Below are positions 10,297-20,347 of a DNA stretch of 64,000 nt, piece by piece. Position numbers and translations under genes: made by a program. The stretch is from Dehalococcoidia bacterium (GTDB taxonomy: Bacteria; Chloroflexota; Dehalococcoidia; Lucifugimonadales; UBA3495): NCBI GenBank assembly GCA_965226915.1, contig CBDDEJ010000002.1, positions 102,798 to 166,797 on the forward strand, read 5' to 3'. How positions within the stretch are numbered: the stretch's first letter is position 1; the number at the start of each line of letters is the position of its first letter. The notes beneath the pieces were generated by a model. It saw nothing but the letters and a program-made list of their open reading frames with translations, was not told the origin of the DNA and did no database searches.

Positions 10297-10397
10297 GACC
10301 ATAGCTTCTGGAGTTGGGCCAAAAGCTTGTTTGGCACATGTTGGGTCCCAGAGTTCAATTCAACGCTCCCCCGTCTTCTCTGGCCGGAGATCCTACG

Positions 10398-11597
10398 CTA
10401 ATCGGCGGCGATGGGGTAAGCCCGGAGGGCGTTATCCCACAGTATCTTGCGTTTGCTTTCCATCGACACCCTTGGAAGGTCTATGAGGTCTTGCTTGGCC
10501 CTAAAGTACTTTCTACCCTCCGGGTGTCCGAAGTCGGTGGCGCCGACGATGACGTGGTCGCCGATGGCGTCGATCAAATCCTCGATGCCTGGATCGTCTT
10601 GGTCCGCCGCCACGAAACACTGACGTTGGAAGTATTCCACCGGCGTCTTGTTGAGTCCCTGTATCTTGAGCCGCCGGGTGCCTCCTTGGATGCCGGCTTC
10701 CAGGCGGTCGGGCCAGAAAGCGGCCCATCCGCACCCGGATTCCAAGAAAACCAGTTTCAACTCGGAATGCCGCTCCAGCACCCCGCCCATGATGAAGGCG
10801 GTGCAGGCAAGCATGCTGCCCATGACAAATGAAACCGTGGTCCGGCAATTCCTCAGACCCGGCAGATAGTCCAGCAAGCCGGCGTCGAATGGGTGATTGG
10901 CGCTGGGGTGGAGTCCTATCGGCACCCCAAGCTCGGCGCAGGTATCCCACAATACATCGCACTCATCATCATATAGGCGAAGGCCCGGAACCGGCGCCGG
11001 ATTCAAATGCACGGCTTTGAAATCGTACTCCTTTACGCAGCGGCGCACCTCGGCCGCGGCCGCGGCAGGGTCTCTCAGGTCGATCGAGGCGGCCCCGCAG
11101 GCCCCGCGCCCGATCTCCTGGCAGAAGTCTCCTAGCCAACGATTGTAGGCCCGGCGAATAGCCGTGGCGGTTTCCCCATCCATCTTGGCAACGCCGGTGG
11201 TCCAGAACCCCGCCGTTGGATATAGGATCATGTGGTCCACCCCGTAGTTGTCCATCACCTCCCGGTAGGCGCTGGCCGGGAAGTCCTGGTCCGCCCACTT
11301 TCCGTAGGCCCGGTCCAGTTCATCCAGGTCCCGGTCTTGGAAGCCCCTGGTGGCCGCGTTGGGGTCCCGTGGGCCCAACGGCCGTTGCCCCATCACCTCA
11401 AGTTCCAATTCAAAACTCAGGGAGTCCTCTTTGCCGCTTTGCAAAGGAACCGCCTCTGGAGCGCCGGGACTTGAGCCTCTGATCCATCGGACATGGCCCT
11501 TGATCAGATGTTGATATTTCTTTTCTAGGTAGTCTTGCCAAATCTCCTCCGGCTCGAGGATGTGGGCATCGCCATCTATGAATTTAAGCGTTTCCAT
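10398..11597 (-). CDS. Amidohydrolase-2 family protein (ACMSD/decarboxylase-like)
   Basis: ORF of 399 aa. N-terminus is METLKFIDGDAHILEPEEIW (D-x-H metal motif). GGAGAA lies upstream of the ATG. Confidence 0.7.
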   Translation of the reverse strand: METLKFIDGDAHILEPEEIWQDYLEKKYQHLIKGHVRWIRGSSPGAPEAVPLQSGKEDSLSFELELEVMGQRPLGPRDPNAATRGFQDRDLDELDRAYGKWADQDFPASAYREVMDNYGVDHMILYPTAGFWTTGVAKMDGETATAIRRAYNRWLGDFCQEIGRGACGAASIDLRDPAAAAAEVRRCVKEYDFKAVHLNPAPVPGLRLYDDECDVLWDTCAELGVPIGLHPSANHPFDAGLLDYLPGLRNCRTTVSFVMGSMLACTAFIMGGVLERHSELKLVFLESGCGWAAFWPDRLEAGIQGGTRRLKIQGLNKTPVEYFQRQCFVAADQDDPGIEDLIDAIGDHVIVGATDFGHPEGRKYFRAKQDLIDLPRVSMESKRKILWDNALRAYPIAAD

Positions 11598-11727
11598 AAA
11601 TCTTCTCCTGCCATTACCTCCCGCTTAATTAAGAGAGGCTCCTAGAATAGTCTTAGAATTGCAACGGTGTCGGCGCCATCTTAGGTTGCTTCTTAGGGCG
11701 TCCTCCCCTCTCTGAATCCCGCCAGGC

Positions 11728-12861
11728 TTACCCGACTACCAGCATCTCATCGGTGCTGAATTTGGGTGAGAGAAGCCTTGGCCCGTCCTTGGTGATCAAA
11801 AACATGTCCTGCAAATGCCAGTAGTTGACGTGGGGCTCCATTGCTATGACCATCCCTTCCTCCAGTTCCTGGTGGCAACCGGGCACGATGTAGGGCTCCT
11901 GCTGATGCCACCAGGCGCCTACGCTGTGGCCGGCCAGTGAGAGCCGCTGCTGGTTCTCATGTTGGCGAAACAATTCGGAGGCGAACCGGTGGATCTCGCT
12001 GGCCTTGGCGCCAACCTGACACCGGTCGACGGTCATCCGGTAAATATCTAGCATCACCCCATAGGTTTCCTTTTGCTCTTGGGTGGGTTGGCCTATCACA
12101 ACGGTCCTGGATTGGTGTCCAGGGTAACCGTGGTAGTAGGCAACATAATCGTTGCGGATGATGTCTCCCCGCCGAAGCTGCCTGTCTCCTTCGCCGCCGT
12201 AAGCCACGGTGTTTCGGTGAGAGTTCAATATGCCGTGGACCCAACCGGCTCCGTTCCTCAAGCAGCTCTCTACCAGGCGGCCGTGTACCTCTCGTTCCGT
12301 TTCTCCCTCCCGGACCGTTGGGAACACCTCCAGGTATGCCTCGTCCAGGATATTCGCCGCTTTTTCTAGAAGCGCCACCTCCGCGGGTGTCTTGATCCAA
12401 CGCACTCTGTCCATCAGGTCGGTGCAGTCTATGGCGTTCACGCCGGGAAGAAGTGCCTGGATCTCCTCCCATCTGGTGGCGCTTACGTAGGTCTTTTCGA
12501 AGCCCACCGTCTCCCGGTCCAGTCCCATGCGTTTCAGGACTGCCGCCATCTTCTGGTAGGGTGACTCGGCATAGTCATCGTAGACCTCGATGCCCTGGAG
12601 CCAGGAGTCGCGCTGGGCCAGTGGCACGGCATAGTGGTTCAAAATCATTACCGGCTCTCCCCGCCGGGGCCAGACGAGAAGCACTTCCCGGGGGGAATCT
12701 GGGAAATCCAAGTGACGGGCCAGGGTGCCCGGATACGCGAAGCCGGCAAGGTAGGTAAAGTTTTTCCCTGAGCGGAGGACCAGCGCGCAGCAACCGGCTT
12801 GGTCCAGATGCTGGTTCAACCTGTCAATGTTGGCGATGATCGTTCTTTTCTGATCCGCCAT
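11728..12861 (-). CDS. M24 family metallopeptidase (Xaa-Pro aminopeptidase/creatinase-like)
   Basis: ORF 11728..12963. The likely start is the internal ATG at 12861 (MADQKRTII...), preceded by GGGGGAAGG. It has a creatinase-like N-domain and M24 motifs (YHGYPGHQSRT, GHSVGAWWHQQEP, MVIAMEP). Confidence 0.75.
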   Translation of the reverse strand: MADQKRTIIANIDRLNQHLDQAGCCALVLRSGKNFTYLAGFAYPGTLARHLDFPDSPREVLLVWPRRGEPVMILNHYAVPLAQRDSWLQGIEVYDDYAESPYQKMAAVLKRMGLDRETVGFEKTYVSATRWEEIQALLPGVNAIDCTDLMDRVRWIKTPAEVALLEKAANILDEAYLEVFPTVREGETEREVHGRLVESCLRNGAGWVHGILNSHRNTVAYGGEGDRQLRRGDIIRNDYVAYYHGYPGHQSRTVVIGQPTQEQKETYGVMLDIYRMTVDRCQVGAKASEIHRFASELFRQHENQQRLSLAGHSVGAWWHQQEPYIVPGCHQELEEGMVIAMEPHVNYWHLQDMFLITKDGPRLLSPKFSTDEMLVVG

Positions 12862-12985
12862 GCGCCTTCCCCCGGTTTTTCGCCTGCGCGGGCTGGGTAC
12901 GCCCGTTTTGCGATATCGGCAACCACGAAGAATTCCCTCAATCTCGCTGGGGAGACCCGCCACTACGTCTTAGGTCACCAATATC

Positions 12986-13249
12986 TCAAGATCGAGTGTC
13001 CGTCATTTGGATCCCAACGGGTTCGGCGTGTGCCGGGACCGCCTCCGCGCCGCGCCACCGCCGCAACCGCTGCATCACGGTGGAGAGCACCAGATCGACC
13101 ACGAACCAAGTCGCCAGAAAAGCGGCGGTCTCCAAGAGAAAGCTATGGAATTTGTAAAAAAGTTCGGCGATGAGCAGGGACGACCCAATTGCCGGGACTT
13201 GCTCGGAGATCAATCGCCGCTGGGGTAAAGCCCTAATTAGCGAGTACAT
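12986..13249 (-). CDS. Small hypothetical membrane protein
   Basis: 87-aa ORF with two hydrophobic stretches (AIGSSLLIAELFY, AAFLATWFVVDLVLSTV). No family recognised. Confidence 0.3.
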   Translation of the reverse strand: MYSLIRALPQRRLISEQVPAIGSSLLIAELFYKFHSFLLETAAFLATWFVVDLVLSTVMQRLRRWRGAEAVPAHAEPVGIQMTDTRS

Positions 13250-13446
13250 AGCAACTCCTATATGTTTTTATATCATACTGTTGGTTGCCGCCGCATTGCG
13301 TGTTCGAGCGCGCGTGGCGGCAAGCGCTATCCCGAGTGTTACTGGATGATAGGACATGCCGGCGCATTTCAGCAACAAGCCGGCTGCTTAAAACGATCGA
13401 CATTCCCTACTTGCCCCCAAAGGTCCAGAGTCCTGGTTACGGTCTA

Positions 13447-16400
13447 TCAGCTAGACCGAGTCGATGCCCCAACAGGAGGGGCGGCGCTGGGGATGATGGC
13501 GGGAATACCCAACTCTTCCACCAGGTTTACGAACTGGGATACGTCGTGCTCAACCACATCTTCCAGCGATTTGATCTCCGTGTCGATGCGTGATGATAGG
13601 TCCTGGAATACCTCACCCGCCTGTTTGGGCGGAGCAAAGTCGGCGCTGGCAACCACGGCGACCAACTCCGCCAGCTTGCGGTTCAGCTTCACCGGCAAAT
13701 TGAGCCGGTCCCGCGCCCCTTTGTGGCCCACCTGGACTAACTCGTTTTCAATGGCGGTTAGCTTTTCTTTCAACGGAGCCGCGGCGCTGACGACAGCCTC
13801 CGCCGATGAGTGGGACTCGGCCCGCCGCTCCCACTCTTCCACCTGGCGGCGGATGCTACGAAGCTTGTTGATTGTGTCGTGGGTCTCTGACAGCTTGTCC
13901 CGGATACTCATGTGCAGGTCAAATTGGGAGTCGAAGTCGGCCTGGCCGGCAGCTACTCGTGGGTCTTTGACGATTTGAAATTCACGGGTCTGCTCCGTGC
14001 CGTCGGCCGATAGAATTAGCCGGTAGCGTCCTGGGGGAGCCACGGGGCCGGTGGTCATATCTTCCGTGGTCTTGTCTCCCGGCACCTTCCTGGCATCTGG
14101 GTAGCGCATGTCCCAGACGAACCGGTTGACTCCGGTCTCGGCGAGAAGCCGAGGCTCCCGGCCGTCGCCGCCGGATTGGTCCTCGGGAACGGTGCTGGTG
14201 AATGATTTGATCAGTTGATCCCGGCTGTCCAAGACCCTCAGTGTCACTTCCCCCTCCGGCTTCGCGCTCAAGTAGTAGGTGACGAGAACCCCTCGTGGCG
14301 GATTCTCACCCGCGTCCAGGAACCGGCGCACGGTTACGCCGCCCGGACCGGTGTCTTCGGTGTAGGTGACATCGGCTCCCAGGGATAGGCGATACTGCTT
14401 GCCCGTCGAAGGTTTGCGCGAGGCCCCAGGCGATCGGAGCCGGACCGATGTGCGGGGTTGCAGCAGTTGCACCCGCGATTCCGCCAACTCGTTGGTGATC
14501 TGATGCAGGTTGGTCAAGTCGTCCAGGACCCAGAAACCCCGGCCGTGGGTGGCTGCGACCAGATCATTTTCTTTGACGGCCAAGTCGTAGACCGGCACGA
14601 CGGGTAAATTGCCTTGCAAAGGCGCCCAGGATCCGCCGTCATCGTATGAGACGTAAACGCCGGTCTCCGTGCCCACGTACAGCAGCCCATGGCGGGCCGG
14701 GTCCCCCCGGATGACCCGGGTGTAGTCGCCTTCCGGGATTCCATGGGAAATATCGGTCCAACTCTCGCCATAATCCGAGGTCTTGTAGAGCATGGGCCGG
14801 GTCTCATCCAGTTTGTACCTGGTAGCGGCCAGGTAGGCCGTGCCGGGGTCACGGGGAGAGACCTCGATCATGCAGACGAGGGTCCACTCCGGCAGGTCCC
14901 CCGGGGTGACGTCGTTCCACGTCTTGCCGGCATCCTTGGAAATATGCACCAACCCGTCATCGCTGCCCGCCCAGAAAACACCCGGCTCATGAGGCGATTC
15001 CACAAAAGCGAAGATGGTGCCGTAGGTCTCCGCGCCAGAGGTGTCTTTGGTGACCGGCCCCCCGGAAGTCTCCATCTTTGTGGTGTCACCCCTGGTGAGA
15101 TCGGGGCTGATCGCCTCCCAAGTGCTTCCCTGATCGAAGGAGCGGAACACGAGATTGCCGGCCACGTATAGTACGTCCGGGTCGTGGGGAGAAAACTGGA
15201 CCGGGAAGGTCCATTGGAACCGGTACTTCATCTCATTGGCCCCCCGGCCCGAGCCCAGTTCCGGCCACACGGTGATGATCCTGACCTGGCCGGTGGCGTG
15301 GTCGTATCGCAGCAGATTGCCGCCGCCTCCCGCCGAGCTTCCAACGGCGCCGGAGACAACGATGTTGGGGTCCTGGGGGTGGACGGCGATGTGGCCGCTC
15401 TCCGAGTTGCCGACAGTGTAGCAATCGCCCCAGGGTATGGCACCCTTGTGGGTGCGGGAAGGAACGCAGATGGCCGAGTTGTCTTGCTGGGTGCCGTACA
15501 CCCGGTAGGGGAACTCATTGTCTGTCGCTATGTGATAGAACTGCCCGGTGAGCTGGTTGTAAATGGTCGACCAGGTCTCCCCGCCGTTGAAGCTAACGCA
15601 AGCGCCGCCGTCATTGCCTTCGATCATCCGGCGGGGGTTGCTGGGGTCGATCCAAAGGTCGTGGTTGTCGCCATGGGGAGTGGTCACAGGCTGGAAATTC
15701 TTCCCGCCGTCGATGGATTTCCAGGTCTGATAGTTGAGGACCCAAACGGTATCAGCGTCTTGGGGATCGCCGAAGATGTGCTGGTAATACCACGGCCTGC
15801 CCTGGATGTCCTGGTTATCGCTAACGTTTTCCCAGGTGGCACCGCCGTCGTCGGACCGGAATAATGCGGCGTCTTCCGCCTCGATCGTGGCCCACACCCG
15901 GCTCGGTTTGGCCGGCGACACCGCGATGCCGATGCGCCCTTTCAGGCCCTGGGGCAATCCGGGATTTCCGGATAACTCCTGCCAGGAATCCCCGCCATCG
16001 GTGGATTTGTAAATGCCGCTGCCGGGGCCTCCGCTGACCAAACTCCACGGGGTTCGCTGGGCTTCCCAAATGGCAGCGTAAAGGATTCTGGGATTGGCCG
16101 GGTCCAAGGAAAGGTCGGCGGCGCCGGCATTTTCGCTTACGAACAGAACCCTATCCCATGACTTTCCGCCGTCGATGGACCGGAACACGCCGCGCTGGCT
16201 GTTGGGACCAAAAGCGTGTCCCAGGGCGGCGACGTATACCACGTCTGGGTTTTGGGGATGCACTCGAATCCTGGCTATGTGCCGGGTGTCTTCCAGTCCC
16301 ATGTGCGACCAGGTCTTGCCGCCGTCGGTGGACTTGTAAACGCCGTCCCCGTAGGAAACATCTCCCCGAATGCACGACTCCCCCATACCCGCGTAGACCA

Positions 16401-16677
16401 CGTTGTGGTCGGCCTCGGAGACGGTGATAGCGCCGACGGCTGAGGTGCGGAAGAACCCGTCGCTCACGTTCTCCCAATAAGTGCCGCCATCGGTGGTTTT
16501 CCATACCCCGCCGGCGCAGGCGCCGAAGTAGAAGACGGCTGGGTCCTCCGGGTCTCCGGCCACCGCAACCACCCGGCCGCCCCGCGGCGGGCCGATGCAG
16601 CGCCAGCGCATGGCGGTCATCGGGTTGATTGCGGTAATGCTATTTCCTTGGGATAGGGGCGAACTGTCCTCTGCCAT
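13447..16677 (-). CDS. BNR/Asp-box repeat, sortilin/VPS10-like beta-propeller protein ('glycosyl hydrolase BNR repeat' family)
   Basis: ORF 13447..16743. It has many S/T-x-D-G-G-x-T/S-W Asp-boxes (KTTDGGTYW, KSTDGGKTW, RSIDGGKSW, KSTDGGDSW, RSDDGGATW...). The probable start is ATG 16677 (MAEDSS...), preceded by GGAGG. Confidence 0.75.
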   Translation of the reverse strand: MAEDSSPLSQGNSITAINPMTAMRWRCIGPPRGGRVVAVAGDPEDPAVFYFGACAGGVWKTTDGGTYWENVSDGFFRTSAVGAITVSEADHNVVYAGMGESCIRGDVSYGDGVYKSTDGGKTWSHMGLEDTRHIARIRVHPQNPDVVYVAALGHAFGPNSQRGVFRSIDGGKSWDRVLFVSENAGAADLSLDPANPRILYAAIWEAQRTPWSLVSGGPGSGIYKSTDGGDSWQELSGNPGLPQGLKGRIGIAVSPAKPSRVWATIEAEDAALFRSDDGGATWENVSDNQDIQGRPWYYQHIFGDPQDADTVWVLNYQTWKSIDGGKNFQPVTTPHGDNHDLWIDPSNPRRMIEGNDGGACVSFNGGETWSTIYNQLTGQFYHIATDNEFPYRVYGTQQDNSAICVPSRTHKGAIPWGDCYTVGNSESGHIAVHPQDPNIVVSGAVGSSAGGGGNLLRYDHATGQVRIITVWPELGSGRGANEMKYRFQWTFPVQFSPHDPDVLYVAGNLVFRSFDQGSTWEAISPDLTRGDTTKMETSGGPVTKDTSGAETYGTIFAFVESPHEPGVFWAGSDDGLVHISKDAGKTWNDVTPGDLPEWTLVCMIEVSPRDPGTAYLAATRYKLDETRPMLYKTSDYGESWTDISHGIPEGDYTRVIRGDPARHGLLYVGTETGVYVSYDDGGSWAPLQGNLPVVPVYDLAVKENDLVAATHGRGFWVLDDLTNLHQITNELAESRVQLLQPRTSVRLRSPGASRKPSTGKQYRLSLGADVTYTEDTGPGGVTVRRFLDAGENPPRGVLVTYYLSAKPEGEVTLRVLDSRDQLIKSFTSTVPEDQSGGDGREPRLLAETGVNRFVWDMRYPDARKVPGDKTTEDMTTGPVAPPGRYRLILSADGTEQTREFQIVKDPRVAAGQADFDSQFDLHMSIRDKLSETHDTINKLRSIRRQVEEWERRAESHSSAEAVVSAAAPLKEKLTAIENELVQVGHKGARDRLNLPVKLNRKLAELVAVVASADFAPPKQAGEVFQDLSSRIDTEIKSLEDVVEHDVSQFVNLVEELGIPAIIPSAAPPVGASTRSS

Positions 16678-16744
16678 ACCGGCGCCTCCGAATGAGAGTC
16701 TTGATACCGTCTGCCCCGGTCCGCGCGAGCTGGCGGGTTTCACC

Positions 16745-18511
16745 CGGGATTCCCCAGATCAAACCAACTTTCCTGGATATAGCTCCCGCGGGGATACCGT
16801 CAAATATAATCCCGCATTCCAAGGGCATCAAATGCGGCCTGATTCGCTCAAAGTCCCCGCTTTCATTGGGCAACCACCGTCCTGCCAAGCCTAAAATCCC
16901 CAAACCGCTGGTCTACGCCCAAGTCTCCCCCTTGGGAACCTATTTTGCGACCCCGTAACCGTAACTAATCCCGATGCTCCTGAGGTGGACTAGCCAGGAG
17001 CCAGCCGAAGCCGGCCAATTCGTTCCAGTATCCCACATAGCATTTCCCGGCTCACCAGCACCTCAGCAAGCTGAAACACCAGCCTTCTGGCATGGCGCAC
17101 CAACCGTCCTCCGGTCTTGATCATCCTGGTCTGAAGACTGGTCAGCGACCAGTGCTTCATCGACTCCGGCAACACCAGCCTTCTCAAGAAGTTGCCCAAG
17201 TTGTAAGCCAGTACGAACAACTCCAGCCTGACCTGATTGGCCACGAACTTGTGGCAGGACAACCTGGTCCAGTTCAGGGCGTACTTGCCTTCTTTTATCC
17301 ATTGCTCCGCCGTGCCTCGGCCATTGTAAAAGCGGACTATCCCGATGTTTGGATAGCTCAGATTGGTGACTATGAAGCCCACTCTGGGAAACAGTTCTCC
17401 CTGGCGCCACTCCACCTTAGAGTCCACTCTCCGAGCAACGTTCCAGCTCTGGGCCTGGTAGACGAAGTCATGATAGGAGACGATGGGCTTTGGGGAAGGC
17501 CCCTCAGTAGGCCGTGTCAGCAGGTGCGCTATCTCCCGCTGCAGCACTTCTGTAGCACTTCTGTAGCACTTCTGTAGCACTTCGTTTGCTGGCAGCCTGA
17601 TGGCGTAGCCGATGTTTCTTGCTTCCAGATAATCGTATATCTCCGGCTTGGCGAAGGCGGCGTCAGCACGAAACAGCAGCCTGACCGCTGCTGTCAAATA
17701 ACGCTCCACCACCGGATCAAGGACTTCTTGCCAATCATCGGCACTGGGGACGTTGCCTGACCGTAGCTTAGCTCCTTCACAATCCCCGAACTGGTTGAAC
17801 AGAAAGAGAGGGTGATAGCAGACGCATTCGAAGTGGCCGTTATAGGCTGCTCCCTCCTGCTGGCCGTGCACTGGACTCTCGGAACTGTCCATATCCAGGA
17901 TAACTCGCCGGTGTAGGGTGTGGGCCATCGCCCGTTCCACCCAACGGGTATTCATTCGTGCCAGCGCCTGCCGGTTGTCCTCTTGGGTCAGGAACTCCGT
18001 CTCGAACCGGCCCATCTCACTGGTGCTGGCTCCTTTCCGCTCCGAGCCTTGCCATCCCACGATCACTCGCATGGCTGGGTCTTGGGAAAGGCGCACTGCG
18101 TCATTGGTGTCGTCGTAGCCGGCCAAGCGGCTGTAGATCGACTGTCTTAGCAGCGGAACCAGGTGGTGAAGGATATTGCGTCCGGTACGGCTTTCCTGGA
18201 GGTAGTCCTCAGCGATTTCGGTAAGGCCCAAGGCATCATCAAACTCTCGAAAGGCAAGAAGGCCAGCGTCGGTGGTGATGGTGGCACCGTGAAATGCCAG
18301 GCGGACTTTGGGGTTGAACTGGAGCCGGAGAGAGGCCTTTTCGCCGTCACCCATGGGGTGCCTCCAGGATGCTTACGCTACCTATATAAAACTCGCCAAG
18401 CTATGGGGTAATTATAGCCATACCGACGGCCAACGTCTCACAAATGGACAATGGTTTAAAGAATGCCAACGATTTACTCAGAGGGATATTCAGCCATATG
18501 GGAAATGTGGG
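16745..18511 (-). mobile_element. IS1380-family insertion sequence, copy A (apparently intact)
   Basis: Ends read CCGGGATTCCCCAGATC... (16745) and ...ATGGGAAATGTGGG (18511), which are imperfect inverted repeats. The same termini bound copy B at 23863/24959. Confidence 0.7.
16990..18354 (-). CDS. IS1380-family DDE transposase
   Basis: 454-aa ORF: MGDGEKASLRLQFNP...ITTDAGLLAFREFDDALGL...DMDSSESPVHGQQEGAAYNGHF... This is the typical IS1380 layout. Confidence 0.85.
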   Translation of the reverse strand: MGDGEKASLRLQFNPKVRLAFHGATITTDAGLLAFREFDDALGLTEIAEDYLQESRTGRNILHHLVPLLRQSIYSRLAGYDDTNDAVRLSQDPAMRVIVGWQGSERKGASTSEMGRFETEFLTQEDNRQALARMNTRWVERAMAHTLHRRVILDMDSSESPVHGQQEGAAYNGHFECVCYHPLFLFNQFGDCEGAKLRSGNVPSADDWQEVLDPVVERYLTAAVRLLFRADAAFAKPEIYDYLEARNIGYAIRLPANEVLQKCYRSATEVLQREIAHLLTRPTEGPSPKPIVSYHDFVYQAQSWNVARRVDSKVEWRQGELFPRVGFIVTNLSYPNIGIVRFYNGRGTAEQWIKEGKYALNWTRLSCHKFVANQVRLELFVLAYNLGNFLRRLVLPESMKHWSLTSLQTRMIKTGGRLVRHARRLVFQLAEVLVSREMLCGILERIGRLRLAPG

Positions 18512-19182
18512 ATTAGGTCAACATTACCCACGATACGCGCGCCTTTCACTGGATCTACTGCTGAGCGAGCCACATCCGCATCTTGGGTTTTAATATAGGT
18601 AGCAATGTATTGTGCGACCGGCGACTTGTACGTACTAAAGTCCCCGGTGAATTCCCACTGGTCTTCAGACGCGCGGATTATCTTTGGCTGATCCACCTGA
18701 TTCGATCCCAGACCAAGTCTCAATGAGTACAATCGCCTGAGGGTTGTCCTCAGAATTCTGCTCCGATTCTTCAGGATTTCGTATGCGGGACCTGAAGGTA
18801 ACTTATCTTCAAGCGATTTCAATAACTCGATGAGTCGGATCGACAAGAGTGCGATTGTAGATATGCGTTGTTGGCCGTCTACGACTTGGTTAACCGCGGT
18901 TGGTTCCGCCCTCTCATCGCCTGGCTTGACCGCCTCCCTTTTGTCCTTCAAATCCGTAAGGATTGTTGTCCCAAGGAACGTGGAGCTGTAGTCCCCTGCC
19001 TCATCTGATAGTTCTTTGATCCCGAGAATCAGATCTTCGAACAGCCGATTGATATTATCCTCTTCCCACGTATACTCGCGTTGATAAATGGGGACGAAGA
19101 ATCCCTCTTCCTGCCTACCAAAGAGGTCGTGAATGCTCTGTCCAGTGGAATTGTACGAGTGGTGCAAGTCGATGTCTGACAA
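18512..19182 (-). pseudogene. DUF262 (GmrSD N-terminal, ParB-like nuclease superfamily) protein, 3'-truncated by IS1380 copy A
   Basis: ORF 18490..19182. DUF262 hallmarks are FFVPIYQREYTWEEDNI and VVDGQQRISTI. The last ~7 codons and the stop come from the IS end. There is no DUF1524/HNH-like C-terminal half. Confidence 0.7.
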
Positions 19183-19220
19183 GGCGATCCTCCTTGGATT
19201 TGGGTGCGTTCCCTAGCTGA

Positions 19221-19487
19221 GACATCCCGGCCCGGCTACTGCACCACATCCACATGCTCAACATTCCGTGCGAGAGCAACCGGCTCAAGGAGAAGTATCG
19301 GGCCGGCCTGCTCAACTCCCATTATCTAGCCAGTCCATTCCCGAAGGAAGACGGTGATAAATAGGCCCACGGACAAGGCCGAACAACCCGGATGAATCAA
19401 TTCTCAACTGGAGATGACCGGTACCAGAACAAGGGCGGGTTTGTTCCCAATCAGCGACGGTCGGTCAAAATTCCGTCGGCTTCGACA
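19221..19487 (+). mobile_element. IS21-family right-end remnant (last ~47 codons of istB plus terminal repeats)
   Basis: 19221-19364 translates DIPARLLHHIHMLNIPCESNRLKEK... This parallels ...LDRRLHHSHVLNIRGESYLLRE of the istB at 33.4 kb. Both remnants end ...GACA (19487; 33713). Confidence 0.45.
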
Positions 19488-19843
19488 ATGTCATAGGACG
19501 TGGAAATTGTACCCGAGACTTGCTCGACCAGCAATTCCATTATTCGAGGTTGCCTCGGCATTGAGTTGACCTTTTTGCCGTTCTTTGGCGGTCGTCGAAG
19601 TCGTGGCGCAACTGGAAAGCCCCTGCTGACAGGGCAGGGGCTTGTCTACTCGTGCTGATGTGCCAGGGTGCAAGGCCGACTACACCGCTAAATTAAACCT
19701 CAACACAAAGGCTCTTGATTTTGTCCAGTTAGGTGGGCCTAAGTGGATGGTAGGTGGTACTGTCTTCGAGATGTGGTTGGGGGCTCTGTGAGCCTAGCGA
19801 AGCCCGCAGCCCCAATAGTTTGGGGTGACAGAGCAGAGGGGCA

Positions 19844-20022
19844 CTAGAAACTCGGACGGAAACCCCGATTCTCTCCAAGCTGCCGTTTTCTTAGCGACGA
19901 TTGTCGATGTAACAGTGGGTTCTTGAACCGTATTACAGACACTATCATGCCACATAAGACTATAATACGTCTGTCTGGCGTAGCGCGAAACCCGGCCAAT
20001 GGCTTTCCGGCCAGACCTCTAG
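19844..20022 (+). mobile_element. MITE family 1, copy 3
   Basis: Same 179-bp unit as copy 1. CTAG lies at 19844-19847 and 20019-20022. It is intergenic, upstream of the MFS gene. Confidence 0.85.
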
Positions 20023-20347
20023 TCTCTGACGCAACGCCTGTGGTTGCGCTGCGTCACCCTTTGCCAGGGCGTGGGAACGGCCCAGGTACTCATTATCGGG
20101 GCTGCGACCGGCCAAGACAAGCCCGGTCCGTGCTCACCCCACCAGAATCCAATCCCCCAATCATATTGACAAAAGGCCGGGTTGTCGGGTAGTGTTTCGG
20201 TGATGATACTAACTATTCTCACTCCCCTAGCGGTGTGAGGTATATTCTTGCGTACCGATAGGCGGCACACAGCGATAGGTTCAACGGGCATCTCGGCGGC
20301 ATACGCCGCTATGAAGGCCGCTTCTCAGGTCAATATTAGGGATTTCC

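Noticed and set aside
19619-19641. Hairpin GCCCCTGC-tgacagg-GCAGGGGC
   Set aside because: It is an isolated stem in a region of IS debris. It has no adjacent gene end and only a weak T-tract, so its function is not assignable.
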